Shown piece by piece: positions 58,931 through 64,000 of a stretch of 64,000 nucleotides of DNA. The stretch lies in the NCBI GenBank assembly GCA_964460855.1, contig CAYWQH010000006.1:3232-67231 (forward strand), given 5' to 3'. A model generated the notes under the pieces. It worked only from the letters and a program-made list of their open reading frames with translations. It was not told the DNA's origin and did not search any database. Source of the DNA: an uncultured Candidatus Saccharibacteria bacterium. GTDB lineage: Bacteria; Patescibacteriota; Saccharimonadia; Saccharimonadales; UBA10212. Made by a program: the position numbers and the translations under genes. How positions within the stretch are numbered: position 1 is the stretch's first letter; every line of letters begins with the position of its first letter.

Positions 58931-60037
58931 ATGAGTTGGAAAAAACTGATATCGGTCTATGTGCTGTTGAGCGTTGTGCTGACCGGCCTGGTTGCCGGCT
59001 TGTGGTCGGCCCACACCAACGCCCAGGACGCTAATTCCGGGCCTTTTAATATCCAGGTAACGCCGACTACTATTATCGAAACGGTTAAACCCGGCGAATC
59101 CAAAACCATTGAAATTAAAATCCATAACCAGGCCCAGCAGCCCGAACTGCTTAAAGCTGAGTTGCGTAATTTCCAAGTTAACCAGGATAACGGTGAGGTC
59201 CAGCTACTAAACACCCCGCCGCCGGACGTTAAAGATTGGGTAAGCTTTAGTGACCCGACGTTTACGGTGCAGCCCGGCGATTTTTTCACTGAACATATGA
59301 ATATAAACACGCCGCAAACCGCTGGCTTTAGTTATACCTTTGCCACGGTCATCAGCCGGGCCAACCCGCCCCAGCAGAAACCTGGTGCCCGCACCCTGGT
59401 TGGTTCGGTGGCCATATTTTCGCTGTTATCGGTCGACCGGCCGGGCGCCGTCCGCAAGTTCGAAGTCACCCAATTCAAAAGCACCCGTAACTTGTACGAA
59501 TACCTGCCGGCTACTTTCTCGATCAAAATCAAGAATACCGGCAACACTTTCGTCAGGCCGGTGGGCAATATCTTTATCCAGCGCGGCCCCAACTCGCCCA
59601 AATCGATTTCGACGCTGACCATAAACCAAAACGGTTCATACGTTTTGCCAAACACTACCCGCAGTTTCGCGACCGTCTGGAACGAAGGGTTTCCAAATTT
59701 TGAAGACGTTAAAGTCGCCGACAACGCCCCGGCCAAGCGGCAGCTGACCTGGGATTGGAGCAAGGCCCAAAACTTCCGCATCGGCCATTATAACGCCAAA
59801 ATGGTGGCTGTTTATAACGATGGCAAACGCGACATACCGGTAGAAGCGAGTATCGGCTTTTGGGTGCTGCCCTGGAAACTTTTAATTATCATGGCATTAG
59901 TAATCCTCATACTGTTGGTTGGTATCGGAACCATTTTCCGGCGGGCGTTTAAAACGGCGGCGCACCAGGCGGGCAGGCGGCGTACCGCCGCTGTCCACCG
60001 GCCAACGGATAACCACCACAGTGGCCCGCGCACTTAA
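58931..60037 (+). CDS. DUF916/DUF3324-like (PapD-fold) membrane-anchored protein
   Basis: signal peptide; I.VTP......VKPGE....I.IHN; DWVSF....FTVQPG; IKNTGNTFVRPVG.I; GHYNA; FWVLPW + TM + basic tail; start at the ATG at 58931. Confidence 0.75.
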   Translation: MSWKKLISVYVLLSVVLTGLVAGLWSAHTNAQDANSGPFNIQVTPTTIIETVKPGESKTIEIKIHNQAQQPELLKAELRNFQVNQDNGEVQLLNTPPPDVKDWVSFSDPTFTVQPGDFFTEHMNINTPQTAGFSYTFATVISRANPPQQKPGARTLVGSVAIFSLLSVDRPGAVRKFEVTQFKSTRNLYEYLPATFSIKIKNTGNTFVRPVGNIFIQRGPNSPKSISTLTINQNGSYVLPNTTRSFATVWNEGFPNFEDVKVADNAPAKRQLTWDWSKAQNFRIGHYNAKMVAVYNDGKRDIPVEASIGFWVLPWKLLIIMALVILILLVGIGTIFRRAFKTAAHQAGRRRTAAVHRPTDNHHSGPRT

Positions 60038-61100
60038 AGCAAGCTTATTAGCGGTAGCGGTCATCTGGGTGGCCGTCCAAACCGTAGCCGGCCGGCCGGT
60101 TAGCGCCGTCCAGGGCACAACCGTATCACCCGGTTTTATCCGTTCCAGCCTGGCCGACGGCCAGAATCAACAAGACGAAACTGTCAGCGTCCGCAATGAT
60201 TACGACCAGGCCCTGGACTACACGGCCAGGATATCAGGAGAAAGCCAGGTAAACGGCCAAATGGTGCCCAGCAACCAGTCGGCCGACAGCCAGCTGGTTA
60301 AGGCCATCAGCCTGACTCCCGGTAGTTTCAACTTGTCTCCCGGTAATTCAATCAACGTAAAGCTTACTATTAATAATTCGCCGGATTTGAGCCCCGGCGG
60401 TCATTACGCCGCGTTAGTTATTGCCCAAGGATCGGGTAACGCCAAAATAGTCGGTTTGCAAGGCGCTGTTAGTGTCAGCATTTATGTGGTTAAAGAGGGT
60501 GGGGCGGTGCGCAGCATAACTGTAGCCGTACCGGGTGTTAACGGCTTGCGCCTGAGCTTACCAGAATTTATCGACCTGACTTTCCATAACACTGGCAATG
60601 TTGACGTCGTGCCCCGCGGCGCGGCCTTAATATCCGCCGGAAACCCCAATAACGTCTTCCGTAAGGCGGTCATCAACGACGGCTCGATACCGGTTTTTAC
60701 CGGCAACGACCTTAAAGTCCGCAGTAAATATACGGAGCTAAAGCCTATCCGCTGGCCCGGCCATTATTATTTAACACTAAACTACCGGTACGATGGCAGC
60801 GATGATACGCGCACAGTTAAGTACAGTTTCTGGTACATACCGGCTATCACGTTACTTTACTTGTTAATTATCATAGTATTACTTATTTTGGTAGTTCGCT
60901 GGCTTAAGCGGCGCCATTATTTAGGCCGGATAGGCGCGACACTGCGGCGCTGGCTGGGAATAAAGCCCAAGCGCCAGCCGCCTAAAAACCGGCCGCGCCA
61001 TTACCGGCCGCGGGTAATTTTGCGCGATTTTGCCGCCCAGGCCAAAGCCACGGCCGACAAACCCGGCAAAGACCCTAAAAAACCGGTGGAAAAAAAGTAA
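60021..61100 (+). CDS. second DUF916/DUF3324-like membrane-anchored protein
   Basis: TVSPG, VSVRN, F.LSPG.S..V.L.I....L.PGGHYAAL, FHNTGNVDVVPRG, PGHY.L, FWYIP + TM + basic tail; probable GTG start at 60021 (ORF track 59919). Confidence 0.7.
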   Translation: MARALKASLLAVAVIWVAVQTVAGRPVSAVQGTTVSPGFIRSSLADGQNQQDETVSVRNDYDQALDYTARISGESQVNGQMVPSNQSADSQLVKAISLTPGSFNLSPGNSINVKLTINNSPDLSPGGHYAALVIAQGSGNAKIVGLQGAVSVSIYVVKEGGAVRSITVAVPGVNGLRLSLPEFIDLTFHNTGNVDVVPRGAALISAGNPNNVFRKAVINDGSIPVFTGNDLKVRSKYTELKPIRWPGHYYLTLNYRYDGSDDTRTVKYSFWYIPAITLLYLLIIIVLLILVVRWLKRRHYLGRIGATLRRWLGIKPKRQPPKNRPRHYRPRVILRDFAAQAKATADKPGKDPKKPVEKK

Positions 61101-61157
61101 AAATAACCTGTTTTAAAGCTTGAGCGATATAGCATTTCAAGCTATTATTAAACGGTA

Positions 61158-63968
61158 ATGTTTCAGCAGCAATGGAGGGGTCACATTGTCTTGCTGGTTG
61201 TTTTGATAGCCAGTGTATTCGCTGGTATCTTTTTTATGAAGCCCCAAACGGCCCATGCCGGTATAAATCACCAGATTAATTTCCAGGGCAAGCTAACCAA
61301 CCCGGACGGCACCAACGTGGCCAACAGCACCTATTCGGTGCGTTTTCGCTTTTATAACGATGCTACCGCCGACGCGGCCAACGCCTGTTCGGCTAATAGT
61401 TGTTTGTGGGAAGAGACCCAGTCTGTTTCCACTACTGATGGTATATTTAACGTTTCTCTCGGGAGTTCCACGAGCCTGCCCGGGAGTGTAGATTTTAACA
61501 CCGCTTCCCTTTTCCTGGGGGTGAAGGTCGGCTCGGATACGGAGATGACCCCACGTATCCAGCTGACCGCCGCCCCCTATGCGTTTAATAGTGAGAGCCT
61601 GGGTGGCCTGGGCAAGTCTGCGTTCGTGCAGCTTGCCCAAGGCGTCCAGACAGACTCCAGCGCCAACGATTCGATTGCCATCGATAAAACCAATGCATCC
61701 GGCAATCTACTGCTGCTTAAGAAAAGCGGCGCGCCGGTAGTAACCATCGGCAATGCCGGGGCTACGCTGTTCCAAAACGCTACCGATTCGGCCAATGCCT
61801 TCCAAATTAAGAACTTAGGCGGTAAATCGTACTTTAACGTCGATACCCAAAACGCCAAGATTTCCATAGGTGATACGACCATTGCCGGAACCATTCAAAT
61901 TGGCAACTCAACCACCGGAGCCGTCGCCCAAACTATTAATATCGGCAATACCACCGCTAGCGGCGCGACCACTGCGATTAATATCGGCGCTACCGGTACT
62001 TCGCCGGCCGGTTCGACTATCAGCATCGGCACCACATCCGACACCACCGCCGCCCAGGCGATTGTTATCGGCAGCAATGCCAACGCCAGCAGCAGCGTTA
62101 CATTGCAGGGGCCGGTGGTCATTGCCAATGCCCAAAGCGGCAGCACGGCTACCTACTTATGTTTGAACGGCTCCAACCAGATAGCCAGCTGCTCGGCAAC
62201 GATTTCCGGCTCTGCCTTTATACAGGGCGGCAACGCTTTCACCGGTTTAACCGGCAGTACCGCTATATTTGGAACTACTACCGGTAACAGCCTGCAAATT
62301 AAGACCAATAACGTCGCCCGGGCGATTTTTGACCAAAGCAATAACTTGTTCGTCGGCAACGCCGATGCCACCGGTACGGCCAGCGCGCCAAACGACTTCA
62401 CTGTATCCGGCACCGGAAGCGCAACTGCCGGCACGACGGCCGGCAAACTAACAGTTAAGGGCGGCGCCGGAGCAACCACCGGAAACGGTTCGGCAGGCGG
62501 CGCCTTGGCTTTGAACGGGGGCAACGCCGGCGGCGCCAGCAATAACGCTGGTGGCAATGTTACAGTTTCCGGCGGCACGGCCACCGGTAACGCAGCTGGC
62601 GGCACCATAACTTTAGCCGGCGGATCCAGCCCCAGCGGCACTAACGGCGGCGTACTGATTAAAAACGCCGGCGATTCGACCAATGCCTTCCAGTTGCAGA
62701 ACGCGGCCGGTTACCAGCTGCTAAATGTCGACTCCACCTCCGACGCGTCTAATTTGATTACCAACGGCAGCTTCGAAGATAACACCACTCCGCCAACCGG
62801 CTGGACGGCTGCCAACGGCAGCGGAACTTCTACGCTTACATCGCAGCCATCATCAACCACCGCGCCGTACATCGGCCAATTCTCGATGCGCGACGTTACC
62901 AGTGGCGCTAACGCTTCCAACGCCGGCGCCCGCTGGAGCCGCAGCTTCACTAACTCCACGGTTTATTCCTTTACCTTGTATGCCAAAGCCTCTGGAGCCA
63001 ACTTCAGCACTTTTGAAATCGGCAACTCCAACAACAACTCTACCGATACTAACTGTTTGACGGCCCAAACGGTAGTTACCGGCGGTTGGACCAAATTCAG
63101 CTGTTCATTCACCTATACCGGTACCACCGGCACCAGCTATGTCTACTTAAAGCAAACTGACGCCACAGGCCGCACTTTTTATATCGACGGAGTAAAACTG
63201 GAAGCAGCCAGCACAGCAACGCCTTATAAAGATAGCGGCGTAACAATTAACGGTGTAGTTAATTCACCAACTGCCTTCCAAAACCAAAGCGACTCCACTA
63301 ACGCCTTGAGCGTCCAAAACTCGGCCGGCGCCATCCAGTTTTATATCGACACGGTCAATAGCCGCGTTGTAGTGGGTGACGGCGCTGCCGGTTCCAGCGT
63401 GACATTGCTACAGCTGGATAACAAAAATACTACCGGTGATCCGGCGACGGCCATCGGCGGCACTATGTATTACAACTCTTTCAGCAATACTTTTCGCTGT
63501 TACGAAAACGGCGCCTGGGGCGACTGTATTACACACCACAAGCTGGTGCTGGCAGTCGGCGGTGATGTAACGGATAACACCGGTAACTGTACGTTTACCA
63601 ACGTCACTAACTTTAACTTTACGGTTGCTAACGGCGTACAGGAGAGGTTCCACGCCACCATAATTTACACGGCCGCGGCCACAACTACCGGAATTGGTTT
63701 AGCCGCTAACGGCCCGGCCGCTTCACCTTTTGCCTATAGCTTTACATCTGCCTTAACTACAGCTACTTCCGGTGGTGGCGGCGGAACCGGTAACGACGGC
63801 AGTAGCTGTACCGCCTCATCCGTTTCGGCCGCTGCTACCGGTAATACGGCCGTACTCGACGGCTACATCCTGCCGTCGGCCGGCGGCACCCTTCAAATTA
63901 GTTTTGCCAGCGAGGTTAATAACTCGGCCATAGTTATCAAAGCCGGAAGTACGTTGGAGTGGTGGTAA
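61158..63968 (+). CDS. large secreted fibre-like adhesin with a CBM4/9-like domain
   Basis: signal peptide; INFQGKLT...LWEETQ...EMTPRIQLTAAPYA head; three FQN..DSTNAFQ-type repeats; Gly-rich beta repeats; NLITNGSFE...FYIDGVKLE. Confidence 0.7.
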   Translation: MFQQQWRGHIVLLVVLIASVFAGIFFMKPQTAHAGINHQINFQGKLTNPDGTNVANSTYSVRFRFYNDATADAANACSANSCLWEETQSVSTTDGIFNVSLGSSTSLPGSVDFNTASLFLGVKVGSDTEMTPRIQLTAAPYAFNSESLGGLGKSAFVQLAQGVQTDSSANDSIAIDKTNASGNLLLLKKSGAPVVTIGNAGATLFQNATDSANAFQIKNLGGKSYFNVDTQNAKISIGDTTIAGTIQIGNSTTGAVAQTINIGNTTASGATTAINIGATGTSPAGSTISIGTTSDTTAAQAIVIGSNANASSSVTLQGPVVIANAQSGSTATYLCLNGSNQIASCSATISGSAFIQGGNAFTGLTGSTAIFGTTTGNSLQIKTNNVARAIFDQSNNLFVGNADATGTASAPNDFTVSGTGSATAGTTAGKLTVKGGAGATTGNGSAGGALALNGGNAGGASNNAGGNVTVSGGTATGNAAGGTITLAGGSSPSGTNGGVLIKNAGDSTNAFQLQNAAGYQLLNVDSTSDASNLITNGSFEDNTTPPTGWTAANGSGTSTLTSQPSSTTAPYIGQFSMRDVTSGANASNAGARWSRSFTNSTVYSFTLYAKASGANFSTFEIGNSNNNSTDTNCLTAQTVVTGGWTKFSCSFTYTGTTGTSYVYLKQTDATGRTFYIDGVKLEAASTATPYKDSGVTINGVVNSPTAFQNQSDSTNALSVQNSAGAIQFYIDTVNSRVVVGDGAAGSSVTLLQLDNKNTTGDPATAIGGTMYYNSFSNTFRCYENGAWGDCITHHKLVLAVGGDVTDNTGNCTFTNVTNFNFTVANGVQERFHATIIYTAAATTTGIGLAANGPAASPFAYSFTSALTTATSGGGGGTGNDGSSCTASSVSAAATGNTAVLDGYILPSAGGTLQISFASEVNNSAIVIKAGSTLEWW

Positions 63969-64000
63969 TGATTAAGTTTATTTTCTGTCTTGTTGATATA

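Noticed and set aside
61158-63968. Prophage tail fibre
   Set aside because: Has a Sec-type signal peptide and no phage structural or packaging genes nearby
63968-64000. Possible next ORF starting at an ATG overlapping the adhesin stop (MIKFIFCLVDI...)
   Set aside because: Only 11 codons are visible, too few to support a call

Overview
Replication-origin region of a small-genome monoderm bacterium. Gene content points to Candidatus Saccharibacteria (TM7, Patescibacteria/CPR); this is inferred, not database-checked. Left to right: an Hsp20 gene (5' truncated) and a small stand-alone ORF; an array of seven VirB2/TrbC-like pilin genes (- strand) divergent from a T4SS-like operon (VirB6-like, PrgI-like, VirB4-associated, VirB4 ATPase, two multi-domain peptidoglycan hydrolases, a beta-rich protein); recF-dnaN-dnaA with DnaA-box clusters on both sides of dnaA and a Bacillus-like DnaA-trio unwinding site upstream of dnaN; rpmH-rnpA-yidC-jag; about 30 kb of surface-glycan and envelope genes (Wzm/Wzt, a WbdD-like methyltransferase-kinase, GT2/GT4 enzymes, a GT2+DUF2304+GT-C module, rfbBCDA, a priming transferase, an O-antigen ligase-like protein, GtrA, a CHAP protein, a truncated LexA, a PAP2-flippase-TylF operon); and finally a secreted-protein cluster. 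That cluster has three WxL/pilin-like subunits, two membrane-anchored DUF916/DUF3324-like chaperone-fold proteins and a fibre adhesin, and looks like an usher-less chaperone-type fimbrial system. It is the best candidate here for an undescribed system. Other notable items are a roughly 110-nt structured intergenic element, a 41-aa hyperacidic microprotein and widespread leaderless-type promoters. No CRISPR array, rRNA, complete tRNA or transposase was seen. Family assignments come from motif recognition by eye.
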